Shown: positions 25,501 through 39,667, numbered from the stretch's first letter. The stretch is DNA of 64,000 bases from Eledone cirrhosa (GCA_964016885.1 OZ024754.1:16802001-16866000); one strand, 5' to 3'. Translations and numbers: made by a program. The notes: generated by a model from the sequence alone, not told the origin.

Positions 25501-28500
25501 TGCTTTAGTTTCAACACTGTCAGATCAAGTCATTTGTCAGACATGTAAAACAATGGCTAAAACAACACTTCCACAGTGTAATTGCTTTAGTTTCAACACT
25601 GTCAGATCAAGTCATTTGTCAGACATGTACAACTATGGCTAAAACAACACTTCCACAGTGTAATTGCTTTAGTTTCAACACTCTCAGATCAAGTAATTTG
25701 TCAGACATGTAAAACAATGGCTAAAACAACACTTCCACAGTGTAATTGCTTTAGTTTCAACACTGTCAGATCAAGTCATTTGTCAGACATGTAAAACAAT
25801 GGCTAAAACAACACTTCCACAGTGTAATTGCTTTAGTTTCAACACTGTCAGATCAAGTCATTTGTCAGACATGTAAAACAATGGCTAAAACAACACTTCC
25901 ACAGTGTAATTGCTTTAGTTTGAACACTGTCAGATCAAGTCATTTGTCAGACATGTACAACTATGGCTAAAACAACACTTCCACAGTGTAATTGCTTTAG
26001 TTTCAACACTGTCAGATCAAGTCATTTGTCAGACATGTAAAACAATGGCTAAAACAACACTTCCACAGTGTAATTGCTTTAGTTTCAACACTCTCAGATC
26101 AAGTAATTTGTCAGACATGTAAAACAATGGCTAAAACAACACTTCCACAGTGTAATTGCTTTAGTTTCAACACTGTCAGATCAAGTCATTTGTCAGACAT
26201 GTACAACTATGGCTAAAACAACACTTCCACAGTGTAATTGCTTTAGTTTCAACACTGTCAGATCAAGTCATTTGTCAGACATGTAAAACAATGGCTAAAA
26301 CAACACTTCCACAGTGTAATTGCTTTAGTTTCAACACTGTCAGATCAAGTCATTTGTCAGACATGTAAAACAATGGCTAAAACAACTCTTCCACAGTGTA
26401 ATTGCTTTAGTTTCAACACTGTCAGATCAAGTCATTTGTCAGACTTGTACAACAATGGCTAAAACAACACTTCCACAGTGTAATTGCTTTAGTTTCAACA
26501 CTGTCAGATCAAGTCATTTGTCAGACATGTAAAACAATGGCTAAAACAACACTTCCACAGTGTAATTGCTTTAGTTTCAACACTGTCAGATCAAGTCATT
26601 TGTCAGACATGTACAACTATGGCTAAAACAACACTTCCACAGTGTAATTGCTTTAGTTTCAACACTGTCAGATCAAGTCATTTGTCAGACATGTAAAACA
26701 ATGGCTAAAACAACACTTCCACAGTGTAATTGCTTTAGTTTGAACACTGTCAGATCAAGTCATTTGTCAGACATGTAAAACAATGGCTAAAACAACACTT
26801 CCACAGTGTAATTGCTTTAGTTTGAACACTGTCAGATCAAGTCATTTGTCAGACATGTACAACTATGGCTAAAACAACACTTCCACAGTGTAATTGCTTT
26901 AGTTTCAACACTGTCAGATCAAGTCATTTGTCAGACATGTAAAACAATGGCTAAAACAACACTTCCACAGTGTAATTGCTTTAGTTTCAACACTGTCAGA
27001 TCAAGTCATTTGTCAGACATGTACAACTATGGCTAAAACAACACTTCCACAGTGTAATTGCTTTAGTTTCAACACTGTCAGATCAAGTCATTTGTCAGAC
27101 ATGTAAAACAATGGCTAAAACAACACTTCCACAGTGTAATTGCTTTAGTTTGAACACTGTCAGATCAAGTCATTTGTCAGACATGTAAAACAATGGCTAA
27201 AACAACACTTCCACAGTGTAATTGCTTTAGTTTGAACACTGTCAGATCAAGTCATTTGTCAGACATGTACAACTATGGCTAAAACAACACTTCCACAGTG
27301 TAATTGCTTTAGTTTCAACACTGTCAGATCAAGTCATTTGTCAGACATGTAAAACAATGGCTAAAACAACACTTCCACAGTGTAATTGCTTTAGTTTCAA
27401 CACTGTCAGATCAAGTCATTTGTCAGACATGTAAAACAATGGCTAAAACAACACTTCCACAGTGTAATTGCTTTAGTTTGAACACTGTCAGATCAAGTCA
27501 TTTGTCAGACATGTACAACTATGGCTAAAACAACACTTCCACAGTGTAATTGCTTTAGTTTCAACACTGTCAGATCAAGTCATTTGTCAGACATGTACAA
27601 CTATGGCTAAAACAACACTTCCACAGTGTAATTGCTTTAGTTTCAACACTGTCAGATCAAGTCATTTGTCAGACATGTAAAACAATGGCTAAAACAACTC
27701 TTCCACAGTGTAATTGCTTTAGTTTCAACACTGTCAGATCAAGTCATTTGTCAGACATGTACAACTATGGCTAAAACAACACTTCCACAGTGTAATTGCT
27801 TTAGTTTCAACACTGTCAGATCAAGTCATTTGTCAGACTTGTACAACAATGGCTAAAACAACACTTCCACAGTGTAATTGCTTTAGTTTCAACACTGTCA
27901 GATCAAGTCATTTGTCACACATGTAAAACAATGGCTAAAACAACACTTCCACAGTGTAATTGCTTTAGTTTCAACACTGTCAGATCAAGTCATTTGTCAG
28001 ACTTGTACAACAATGGCTAAAACAACACTTCCACAGTGTAATTGCTTTAGTTTCAACACTGTCAGATCAAGTCATTTGTCAGACATGTAAAACAATGGCT
28101 AAAACAACACTTCCACAGTGTAATTGCTTTAGTTTCAACACTGTCAGATCAAGTCATTTGTCAGACTTGTACAACAATGGCTAAAACAACACTTCCACAG
28201 TGTAATTGCTTTAGTTTCAACACTGTCAGATCAAGTCATTTGTCAGACATGTAAAACAATGGCTAAAACAACACTTCCACAGTGTAATTGCTTTAGTTTC
28301 AACACTGTCAGATCAAGTCATTTGTCAGACATGTACAACTATGGCTAAAACAACACTTCCACAGTGTAATTGCTTTAGTTTCAACACTGTCAGATCAAGT
28401 CATTTGTCAGACTTGTACAACAATGGCTAAAACAACACTTCCACAGTGTAATTGCTTTAGTTTCAACACTGTCAGATCAAGTCATTTGTCAGACATGTAA

Positions 28501-31500
28501 AACAATGGCTAAAACAACACTTCCACAGTGTAATTGCTTTAGTTTCAACACTGTCAGATCAAGTCATTTGTCAGACATGTACAACTATGGCTAAAACAAC
28601 ACTTCCACAGTGTAATTGCTTTAGTTTCAACACTGTCAGATCAAGTCATTTGTCAGACATGTAAAACAATGGCTAAAACAACACTTCCACAGTGTAATTG
28701 CTTTAGTTTCAACACTGTCAGATCAAGTCATTTGTCAGACATGTACAACTATGGCTAAAACAACACTTCCACAGTGTAATTGCTTTAGTTTCAACACTGT
28801 CAGATCAAGTCATTTGTCAGACATGTACAACTATGGCTAAAACAACACTTCCACAGTGTAATTGCTTTAGTTTCAACACTGTCAGATCAAGTCATTTGTC
28901 AGACATGTAAAACAATGGCTAAAACAACACTTCCACAGTGTAATTGCTTTAGTTTCAACACTGTCAGATCAAGTCATTTGTCAGACATGTACAACTATGG
29001 CTAAAACAACACTTCCACAGTGTAATTGCTTTAGTTTCAACACTGTCAGATCAAGTCATTTGTCAGACATGTAAAACAATGGCTAAAACAACACTTCCAC
29101 AGTGTAATTGCTTTAGTTTCAACACTGTCAGATCAAGTCATTTGTCAGACATGTACAACTATGGCTAAAACAACACTTCCACAGTGTAATTGCTTTAGTT
29201 TCAACACTGTCAGATCAAGTCATTTGTCAGACATGTACAACTATGGCTAAAACAACACTTCCACAGTGTAATTGCTTTAGTTTCAACACTGTCAGATCAA
29301 GTCATTTGTCAGACATGTACAACTATGGCTAAAACAACACTTCCACAGTGTAATTGCTTTAGTTTCAACACTGTCAGATCAAGTCATTTGTCAGACATGT
29401 ACAACTATGGCTAAAACAACACTTCCACAGTGTAATTGCTTTAGTTTCAACACTGTCAGATCAAGTCATTTGTCAGACATGTAAAACAATGGCTAAAACA
29501 ACACTTCCACAGTGTAATTGCTTTAGTTTCAACACTGTCAGATCAAGTCATTTGTCAGACATGTACAACTATGGCTAAAACAACACTTCCACAGTGTAAT
29601 TGCTTTAGTTTCAACACTGTCAGATCAAGTCATTTGTCAGACATGTAAAACAATGGCTAAAACAACACTTCCACAGTGTAATTGCTTTAGTTTGAACACT
29701 GTCAGATCAAGTCATTTGTCAGACATGTAAAACAATGGCTAAAACAACACTTCCACAGTGTAATTGCTTTAGTTTGAACACTGTCAGATCAAGTCATTTG
29801 TCAGACATGTACAACTATGGCTAAAACAACACTTCCACAGTGTAATTGCTTTAGTTTCAACACTGTCAGATCAAGTCATTTGTCAGACATGTAAAACAAT
29901 GGCTAAAACAACTCTTCCACAGTGTAATTGCTTTAGTTTGAACACTGTCAGATCAAGTCATTTGTCAGACATGTACAACTATGGCTAAAACAACACTTCC
30001 ACAGTGTAATTGCTTTAGTTTGAACACTGTCAGATCAAGTCATTTGTCAGACATGTACAACTATGGCTAAAACAACACTTCCACAGTGTAATTGCTTTAG
30101 TTTGAACACTGTCAGATCAAGTCATTTGTCAGACATGTAAAACAATGGCTAAAACAACACTTCCACAGTGTAATTGCTTTAGTTTGAACACTGTCAGATC
30201 AAGTCATTTGTCAGACATGTAAAACAATGGCTAAAACAACTCTTCCACAGTGTAATTGCTTTAGTTTGAACACTGTCAGATCAAGTCATTTGTCAGACAT
30301 GTAAAACAATGGCTAAAACAACACTTCCACAGTGTAATTGCTTTAGTTTCAACACTGTCAGATCAAGTCATTTGTCAGACATGTAAAACAATGGCTAAAA
30401 CAACACTTCCACAGTGTAATTGCTTTAGTTTCAACACTGTCAGATCAAGTCATTTGTCAGACATGTAAAACAATGGCTAAAACAACACTTCCACAGTGTA
30501 ATTGCTTTAGTTTCAACACTGTCAGATCAAGTCATTTGTCAGACTTGTACAACAATGGCTAAAACAACACTTCCACAGTGTAATTGCTTTAGTTTCAACA
30601 CTGTCAGATCAAGTCATTTGTCAGACATGTAAAACAATGGCTAAAACAACACTTCCACAGTGTAATTGCTTTAGTTTCAACACTGTCAGATCAAGTCATT
30701 TGTCAGACTTGTAAAACAATGGCTAAAACAACACTTCCACAGTGTAATTGCTTTAGTTTCAACACTGTCAGATCAAGTCATTTGTCAGACATGTAAAACA
30801 ATGGCTAAAACAACACTTCCACAGTGTAATTGCTTTAGTTTCAACACTGTCAGATCAAGTCATTTGTCAGACATGTACAACTATGGCTAAAACAACACTT
30901 CCACAGTGTAATTGCTTTAGTTTCAACACTGTCAGATCAAGTCATTTGTCAGACTTGTACAACAATGGCTAAAACAACACTTCCACAGTGTAATTGCTTT
31001 AGTTTCAACACTGTCAGATCAAGTCATTTGTCAGACATGTACAACTATGGCTAAAACAACACTTCCACAGTGTAATTGCTTTAGTTTCAACACTGTCAGA
31101 TCAAGTCATTTGTCAGACATGTACAACTATGGCTAAAACAACACTTCCACAGTGTAATTGCTTTAGTTTCAACACTGTCAGATCAAGTCATTTGTCAGAC
31201 ATGTAAAACAATGGCTAAAACAACTCTTCCACAGTGTAATTGCTTTAGTTTGAACACTGTCAGATCAAGTCATTTGTCAGACATGTACAACTATGGCTAA
31301 AACAACACTTCCACAGTGTAATTGCTTTAGTTTGAACACTGTCAGATCAAGTCATTTGTCAGACATGTACAACTATGGCTAAAACAACACTTCCACAGTG
31401 TAATTGCTTTAGTTTGAACACTGTCAGATCAAGTCATTTGTCAGACATGTAAAACAATGGCTAAAACAACACTTCCACAGTGTAATTGCTTTAGTTTGAA

Positions 31501-33320
31501 CACTGTCAGATCAAGTCATTTGTCAGACATGTAAAACAATGGCTAAAACAACTCTTCCACAGTGTAATTGCTTTAGTTTCAACACTGTCAGATCAAGTCA
31601 TTTGTCAGACATGTAAAACAATGGCTAAAACAACACTTCCACAGTGTAATTGCTTTAGTTTCAACACTGTCAGATCAAGTCATTTGTCAGACATGTAAAA
31701 CAATGGCTAAAACAACACTTCCACAGTGTAATTGCTTTAGTTTCAACACTGTCAGATCAAGTCATTTGTCAGACATGTAAAACAATGGCTAAAACAACAC
31801 TTCCACAGTGTAATTGCTTTAGTTTCAACACTGTCAGATCAAGTCATTTGTCAGACTTGTACAACAATGGCTAAAACAACACTTCCACAGTGTAATTGCT
31901 TTAGTTTCAACACTGTCAGATCAAGTCATTTGTCAGACATGTAAAACAATGGCTAAAACAACACTTCCACAGTGTAATTGCTTTAGTTTCAACACTGTCA
32001 GATGAAGTCATTTGTCAGACATGTAAAACAATGGCTAAAACAACACTTCCACAGTGTAATTGCTTTAGTTTCAACACTGTCAGATCAAGTCATTTGTCAG
32101 ACTTGTACAACAATGGCTAAAACAACACTTCCACAGTGTAATTGCTTTAGTTTCAACACTGTCAGATCAAGTCATTTGTCAGACATGTAAAACAATGGCT
32201 AAAACAACACTTCCACAGTGTAATTGCTTTAGTTTCAACACTGTCAGATCAAGTCATTTGTCAGACATGTACAACTATGGCTAAAACAACACTTCCACAG
32301 TGTAATTGCTTTAGTTTCAACACTGTCAGATCAAGTCATTTGTCAGACTTGTACAACAATGGCTAAAACAACACTTCCACAGTGTAATTGCTTTAGTTTC
32401 AACACTGTCAGATCAAGTCATTTGTCAGACATGTACAACTATGGCTAAAACAACACTTCCACAGTGTAATTGCTTTAGTTTCAACACTGTCAGATCAAGT
32501 CATTTGTCAGACATGTACAACTATGGCTAAAACAACACTTCCACAGTGTAATTGCTTTAGTTTCAACACTGTCAGATCAAGTCATTTGTCAGACATGTAC
32601 AACTATGGCTAAAACAACACTTCCACAGTGTAATTGCTTTAGTTTCAACACTGTCAGATCAAGTAATTTGTCAGACATGTACAACTATGGCTAAAACAAC
32701 ACTTCCACAGTGTAATTGCTTTAGTTTCAACACTGTCAGATCAAGTCATTTGTCAGACATGTACAACTATGGCTAAAACAACACTTCCACAGTGTAATTG
32801 CTTTAGTTTCAACACTGTCAGATCAAGTCATTTGTCAGACATGTAAAACAATGGCTAAAACAACACTTCCACAGTGTAATTGCTTTAGTTTCAACACTGT
32901 CAGATCAAGTCATTTGTCAGACATGTAAAACAATGGCTAAAACAACACTTCCACAGTGTAATTGCTTTAGTTTCAACACTGTCAGATCAAGTCATTTGTC
33001 AGACATGTAAAACAATGGCTAAAACAACTCTTCCACAGTGTAATTGCTTTAGTTTCAACACTGTCAGATCAAGTCATTTGTCAGACATGTACGACAATGG
33101 CTAAAACGACTCTTCCACAATGTAATTGTTTTAGTTTCAACACTGTCAGATCAAGTCATTTGTCAGACATGTACAACTATGGCTAAAACAACACTTCCAC
33201 AGTGTAATTGCTTTAGTTTCAACACTGTCAGATCAAGTCATTTGTCAGACATGTACAACAATGGCTAAAACGACTCTTCCACAATGTAATTGTTTTAGTT
33301 TCAACACAGTCTCAGATCAA
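22567..33320. repeat. 82-bp satellite array (~130 copies) with higher-order duplications
   Basis: Unit gtcagatcaagtcatttgtcagacatgta(c/a)aac(t/a)atggctaaaacaacacttccacagtgtaattgctttagtttcaacact, period 82 (e.g. 22731 to 22813). Confidence 0.98.
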
Positions 33321-33964
33321 CACCCCATGGTCTTAGCTCTGGTCATTTGCCAAAAATATACAACTTTGTGTTTTTTAAATACTTGGGAAAATATTCTCTT
33401 TTCATAAAGTGAAATTTTATATCCTAATATATCGGAACACATTTTCATTCAAAATTATTTGATCACATAAGATTCATTTCCCTTTTACTCGAAATGGATT
33501 GTAAACCAGTCTCTTGTTTTGTATAATTTATTGAAATACTTATGTTTCTTTTATTTACTTACAAAAGCATTTTAACATTTTTCAAATTATATATTTATTA
33601 AGTTTTTCTAATTATATCCTTTTGTATTGCATGGTTGTGAAATGTAAATTATATTTATGAAGTCATTTTGATGTCTGTTTGAATAAGTTTGAGTAACATC
33701 AAAATAAGAGTAACAAAAAATGTTTGGGTTTGAATTTCTTTGAAGTGATAATTGGATTTTTGTTTTTGTTCCATAAACATTAAGAAAATCAATATTAACA
33801 TTTTTGGATATCCATTATTGCATGCTATCTTAAGTAGGAAGTGTTTTCTGAAATGTCACCTTTCCTGCTAGTAAAAATGTAACCACGAAGTATGGGTGAG
33901 TTTTGTCTTGTCAGCCAGGCAGTCTGAGACAGAGACAAAGATACATGGGTCAGTTTAAAGTTCA

Positions 33965-34115
33965 TAGGGTGACCAAGATACTCTCATGGAATGACCAAAT
34001 GAGGTTTATTTTTTTCAACATAGTCCCCGGAAAGAAATAATGCAGTTATTAATAAGAGTTGAAATTAATGCATACAAGATTTCACAACCAATGAATTTTT
34101 CAACCAACCCTCATA
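33965..34115 (+). mobile_element. Mariner-like MITE remnant
   Basis: Shares gaccaagatactctcatggaatgaccaaatgagg... with 37515 and 42808. Ends ttttcaaccaaccctcata, a degenerate reverse complement of tacgagggttggctgaaaag. Confidence 0.6.
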
Positions 34116-36253
34116 CATACTTAGATCAAGTACAAAACAACTGATATAAATTCATCGCCATGTAGTCAGTAATTAACTTTTTGTATCCTGTAATAATTTA
34201 GCAGAACATATCTAAAAATGTGTTTGTTAATTCAAATGTTTATAGTATCTTTACTGATGAACAGGTTGTGAAAATTTACTGTATTACCTCTTAACAACCT
34301 GTGATGATTTAGCAGAAAATATCTGTTAGAGAAATATGGACATATAAATGATGATGATGGTGAAAGAAATACTGGTTTTTGTATATGGATTTCATACTCC
34401 CAGCTGAAAGAATTTTGAATGAACCCTCATAGATTGTTGGTAGTTATTTTGTAAGTGCTAGTAGTAGTTGTAGTAAAATTACTGAATTCTTTAATTTAAA
34501 TCTTACCATTTTATCCCTATACTTACATTGTATTAAGGGGAAGTTGCTCTCTTGTTGCAATTTGTCACCGACAGTGTGTTGAAGGTTAAAGCAGCTGTTA
34601 GTTAGCTTTGTAGACTCCATGACAAACTCCATACTCAATAGGTTCTGTGTGAAACTGCTGCCTTTCCTTATTCCAACTCGTATAGTTGCCTCTTATAACC
34701 AGATAAAATGTACATATTTTAAACCATATAGATACAGCATGGTTTACCTTCAATGTAGTGAAAGGAAATTATTTTTAATCAGCTAAAGATGTAGCAACTT
34801 TAATGATTATATATAGATATATTCTTTTTTTCAAACATTTTCAACAGGTCTGATATTATGTTGGCAAAATTTGCATTTTAAAAATTTATGCAATGATATT
34901 GATCTTGTCTTTTCTTAGGTTTTCATCAGCTTATTCCAGATCATAATTTTGATAAATATATGTATTAGCTGCTGAAATATCTTCTGCTGTTTTTAATGTT
35001 ATGTGTATGTAAACACACATACTCTCTCTCTCACACACACATCCAAACATGCACACATACAGACAATAACAAATATTGTAAGGAAAGCAATATTTATGTT
35101 GATACTGTTTTGACAATTTGTAAATTCTCATAAGGTTTAATTAAATAAGTTGTAAAGCTTATATTCATGTTCTTTGAGAGTAGACCCATGATCAAACGCA
35201 TTCTAGTTGAGACTGTATACAATTTTCTGGGTTTTTTTTGTTTTTTTTCCTGTCATGGCATCATAAGAATGTATTATTTTAGTGTGTCTTTTCACTTCGA
35301 GTTCAAATCCTGTGGAGGTCACCTTTGCCTTTCATGAGCTCGGCTGATCTCATTTGGGATCAATTGGAGATGGTTGCTTCTCACAGGACTCTGTTCCCAC
35401 AACCCTCTCAGGAATAAGTAGAAGAAAAATGTTTTTAGATAACTATAAACACTTTAAAATATAGTTTTGTATCATATAAGCATGGGTGGTTTCATCAGAT
35501 GTGGTATCGAAAGGGTCAAATCATTATATATATTAAATTCATATTTCTTGTCACATTTGATCATTGTCTGTTTTGTACATGTCTTTTGTTATTTGTTGGT
35601 AAATGAAAACTAATTATAATTAAGACTTAATTGATAATTGCCAATTTTCACCTTTTAATAACATGTGAATGCTTCAGTCATAAGCGATGCTAAACTCCTA
35701 AAAATATGAAATAAATGAAATTGTTTGAAAATGTCCTCTCTTGCGATGTGTGCCAGTAAATGGTTGGTTGCAGTTCTGATGGTTGTGAAAGAATAGTTTT
35801 TTAATTTTATTTTCTATTACCACCACCGTCATCACTATCACCATATCATATTTTGAATTTTCTATAACCACCATCATCATATCATTTAACATCTATTCTG
35901 ATTGTTAAATAATCTTTACATGTGAACTTAATTTAACATTCTATATTGTGTTATTTTAAAAAATTCATTCTCTTGTGTCCCTACATGTTATATTCCATAT
36001 AACAGCAATGATTTGGTTTCATTTGTGTGTGTCAATAATTATATTATTAACTCTAATTACTCAAGTAAATTAAAATTAGAAAAAAAAAAAATAGGATTAG
36101 ATCAAATATTTCAGAATTGGTTGAGACTGGGGAGTCATAACCTAATTTATTTTAATAGTTTTATTTTACATATGAACAGTTCAGTTGAGCCTAACAGCAG
36201 TAATTCACTGGTGGTATTTATTTAGAGAGTTACTGTTTCAAGCTATTATAAAA

Positions 36254-36606
36254 TTAACCCTTTTACCATTTACATTACTATATATTTACTATTGAATTTT
36301 CACAGTAAAAATTTTATTTCAAATAATTATCTCACATAATATCGAATCTATGAGATTTTTATATTATTTATTTTGAAAACAATACTTTAGCATCAGTATG
36401 AGCAGTCAGTTATGGCCGGTTTGAACAGAAAGAGGTGAGAGAAATCTGGCCGGATGTAGCCGGTTTAAATGCTAAAGGGTTGTCATTTGTCAGACATGTA
36501 CAACTGTAGCTAAAATGACTCCTTAACATCAGTATGAGCAGCCAGTTTGAACAGAAAGAGGTGAGAGAATTGTAGCTGGATGTAGCTGGTTTAAATGCTA
36601 AAGGGT
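36254..36606 (+). mobile_element. piggyBac-like MITE family 1 with duplicated 3' end and a satellite-monomer fragment
   Basis: MITE at 36254-36481, then gtcatttgtcagacatgtacaactgtagctaaaatgactc (82-bp satellite-like), then a second MITE 3' end at 36523-36606. Confidence 0.75.
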
Positions 36607-36660
36607 GAAGTGGAGAGATTATTTTACAAAATTGTTTGCTCTCTCTGTTTTGATTTTTAC

Positions 36661-36884
36661 TTAACCCTTTAGCATTTAAACCGGCCATATCCGGCCAGAA
36701 TTGTCTCACCTTTTTCTGTTTAAACTGGCTGCAACTGGCCACTCATACTGATGTTATGGTATTGTTCTCAAAATAAATATCAAAATCTCAGATTTGATAT
36801 TATGTGAGATAATTATGTGAAGTAAAGCCTTTACCATGAAAATATAAGAGTATATATAGAGTAATGTAAATGCTAAAGGGTTAA
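36661..36884 (-). mobile_element. piggyBac-like MITE family 1, intact termini
   Basis: TTAACCCTTTAGCATTTA...TAAATGCTAAAGGGTTAA, perfect terminal inverted repeats. Confidence 0.9.
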
Positions 36885-37248
36885 TATTTTTTCTCAAGAA
36901 GGTTTTATAGTTTTCTGTTCTGATCTTTTAAAGATTTTAATGAAGATATTTTGTTTAAACTCTTGAGATTACGATTATATTCAAGTATAATATAGATAAT
37001 AGCTTAATTAATTAAAGAGTTCATTTTAAATTTAATTTTTCCTGTTCTTGTTCTAAACCAATGCTCTTCTTAGCAGATTTATTAGTAAATAATAATTTTA
37101 TTGGAGAATGACAGTTATATTACTGAAGCACTTCAGTTTTTTGGTTATTTTCAAAATTATTTGCAAATTCTAGATAGTATCCTTCATTAGAAGTATGGTA
37201 ATGAAGGTTAATGAAGTGTTTAAACTTTCCATTATTGATAAAACCAGC

Positions 37249-37448
37249 TTAACCCTTTAGCATTTACATTACTCTATATTTATTATTTTATTTTCATGGT
37301 AAAGGCTTTATCTCACATAACCTTGAGTCTATGAGATTTTGGTATTATTTATTTTGAGAACAATACCTTAATGCCTAATGAGCGGCTGGTTACAGCTGGT
37401 TTAAACAGAAAGAGGTGAGAGATTTCTGGCTGGATACGGCCGGGTTAA
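37249..37448 (+). mobile_element. piggyBac-like MITE family 1 (3' TIR partly deleted)
   Basis: ttaaccctttagcatttacattactc...acagaaagaggtgagaga...cgggttaa. Confidence 0.8.
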
Positions 37449-37514
37449 TCATAAATTGTCATTTTTCTAAATCCTACCAAATTCTTAATTAAATCCTAGG
37501 AAATGTCTTTCATT

Positions 37515-38088
37515 ACGAGGGTTGGCTGACCGAGAGACTCATGGAATGACCAAATGAGGTTTATTTTTCAACATAATCCCTGGAAAGAAACAATGCAGTT
37601 GTTAAGAAGAGTTGAAATTAATGTATGAATATTTCACAGTTGTAGCACATGGAGGCACATGGCTTAGTGGTTAGAGCATTGGTCTTGCAATCGAAAGGTT
37701 GTGAGTTCAATTCTCAGACCGGGTGATGTGTTGTTTCCTTGAGCAAGACACTTTATTTCCCATTGCTCCAGTTTACTCAGCTGTAGAAATGAAATAATAG
37801 GGACTGGGGTGCCTATCATTCCACTGCAAAATGGTCGTGGAGGTGCCACGGCAAAAAAGCACCCAGCACTCACTGTAAATGTGGTTGGTGTTAGGAAGGG
37901 CATCCAGCTGTAGAAAACCTGCTAGATAGTCCTATACGAGCGAGACACGGTCTTTCGGCCAATCTTACCTCAAGTGGGACAATTCCCGTCTAACCCATGC
38001 TAGCGTGGAAGATAGACGTTAAATGATGATGATGATGTAGCATCACTACTTCATAGTTAGTTTATAAACTTTTCAGCCAACCTTCATT
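37515..38088 (+). mobile_element. Mariner-like MITE interrupted by SINE A
   Basis: TA|CGAGGGTTGGCTGA left end and cttttcagccaaccttca right end. Another left end lies at 42808-42870. Confidence 0.65.
37651..38036 (+). mobile_element. SINE family A, with tail matching the 48171 RTE subfamily
   Basis: Head nearly identical to the 1811 copy. Tail agaaaacctgctagatagtcctatacgagc...ctcaagtgggac... with (GAT)n. TSD tgtagca. Confidence 0.92.
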
Positions 38089-38647
38089 TCACTATTATTT
38101 CTAACAACCAAAATAAGATCATATAACTGCTTTGTTTTCTTTAGTCAGTGTCTTTCAATAGTAACAAAAGAGTTAAATATTGTATAGAGACAGTTGTGTC
38201 ACTAATTAATCATTCTCTAGTTTTGTTTTGTATAATATAAATTTTCTGCTCGACCATGTGGAAGGATAATTCACTCCACCTTATTGTCTGGAGAATTAAC
38301 TGGAACAATCCATAAATAGCATAACTGTCTCTACAGCTTCCAAAATAAACTTAATACACAGTTGGATAGCATTGTTTGACAGTAGAGTGCAACACATGTC
38401 AGCATATATATATATATATGGGCCCTTATGGCCAATAAATGAAATCATTACTATCATTATTATAATTAAGGCCAGTATTACAATGAAGCCAAACCAGGAA
38501 TATATGTTTCCTTGGTTTGAAGGACCAACTTATCAACCTGTGCTGGGGGAAAGCAACCAGAAATATATACGTATATAACAGAAATATATATATTCAATAA
38601 ACAATTATGGTGATTTAATCCCGTCTTAACTACCATTATTTGATAAT

Positions 38648-38921
38648 GGGTGGTGGATTGGCAGTATCGGTAGAGAGTCAGACACCATGCTTTCCAGCAT
38701 AGTTACATCCCTTTACGATCTGAGTTCAAATCCCTCCGAGGTTGACTTTGCCTTTCATCCTTACGGGGTCGATAAAATAAAGTACCAGTAATGCACTGGA
38801 TAAAGTAGAAACAATTATTTGATATCTTTACGTTCTGTGTTCAAATCCCGCCGAGGTTAACTTTGCCTTTCATCCTTACGGGGATAATTGCTGCCCTTGT
38901 GCCAAAAGTAGAAACAATTAT
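38648..38921 (+). mobile_element. Two tandem internally deleted SINE B copies
   Basis: 38648-38818 and 38826-38921 both end gtagaaacaattatttgata. Confidence 0.85.
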
Positions 38922-38972
38922 TTGATATATATATATATCTATATCTATCTCTCTATATATATATATGTGTGT

Positions 38973-39282
38973 GAAGGCACTTGGCTTAGTGGTTAGAGCA
39001 TGATTAGGGCTTACAATCGTGAGGTTGTGAGTTGGATCCTTGGATCGGGCTTTGCGTTGTGTTCTTGAGCAAAACACTTTATTTCACAATGCTTCAGTTC
39101 AGTCAGCTGTAGAAATGAGTTTACCCAGCTATGGGTTAAATACCCTCTAGCCTCACCAACCTGCAATTGGCCAACCGTACTGATACACCCCTGACATGGC
39201 CAAAACAGAAAACAGTGGAGGTCAATCAGGGTAGGGTTCCTCCGGTAGGAGTAAAAAAGCCCTGGATTGAACACACACACAC
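38973..39282 (+). mobile_element. SINE with family A head but a different 3' body and (CA)n tail
   Basis: gaaggcacttggcttagtggttagagca...cttgagcaaaacactttatttcac...cagctgtagaaatgag, then sequence unrelated to the other family A tails. Confidence 0.7.
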
Positions 39283-39667
39283 GGAGGCACATGGATTAGT
39301 GGTTAGAGCATTGGCCTTGCAATCGAAAGGTTGTGAGTTCAATTCTCAGACCGGGTGATGTGTTGTTTCCTTGAGCAAGACACTTTATTTCACATTGCTC
39401 CAGTTTACTCAGCTGTAGAAATGAGATGATAGAGACTGGGGTCCATATCATTCCACTGCAAAGTGGTCGTGGAGGTGCCCTGCCAAAAAAGCACCCAGCC
39501 CACACTGTAAAGTGGACGTGTAGGCGCCATGGAAAAAAAAGCACCCAGCACTCACTGTAAATGAAGTTGGTGTTAGGAAGGGTATCCAGCTGTAGAAATC
39601 TAGCCAGAATCACTTGCCGTGCCACCCTTGCAAGCAAGGAAAAGCGGATGTAAAATGAAATGATGAT
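39283..39667 (+). mobile_element. SINE family A
   Basis: Same head. Includes the extra cccacactgtaaagtggacgtgtaggcgcca segment found in the RTE 3'UTR at ~10979-11010. Terminus resembles the 5180 subfamily. Confidence 0.92.

Noticed and set aside
21766-33320. CRISPR-like regular repeats
   Set aside because: Head-to-tail units with no unique spacers, no cas genes, and a eukaryotic context.
22567-33320. Hammerhead in the 82-bp satellite (minus strand CTGACAA...GAAAC)
   Set aside because: The essential G of CUGANGA is absent and stems I-III do not pair convincingly.
34820-34930. Two AG|GT acceptor-like sites (caacag|gtctga, cttag|gttttc)
   Set aside because: The regenerated donors are poor, and such sites are expected by chance in T-rich DNA.
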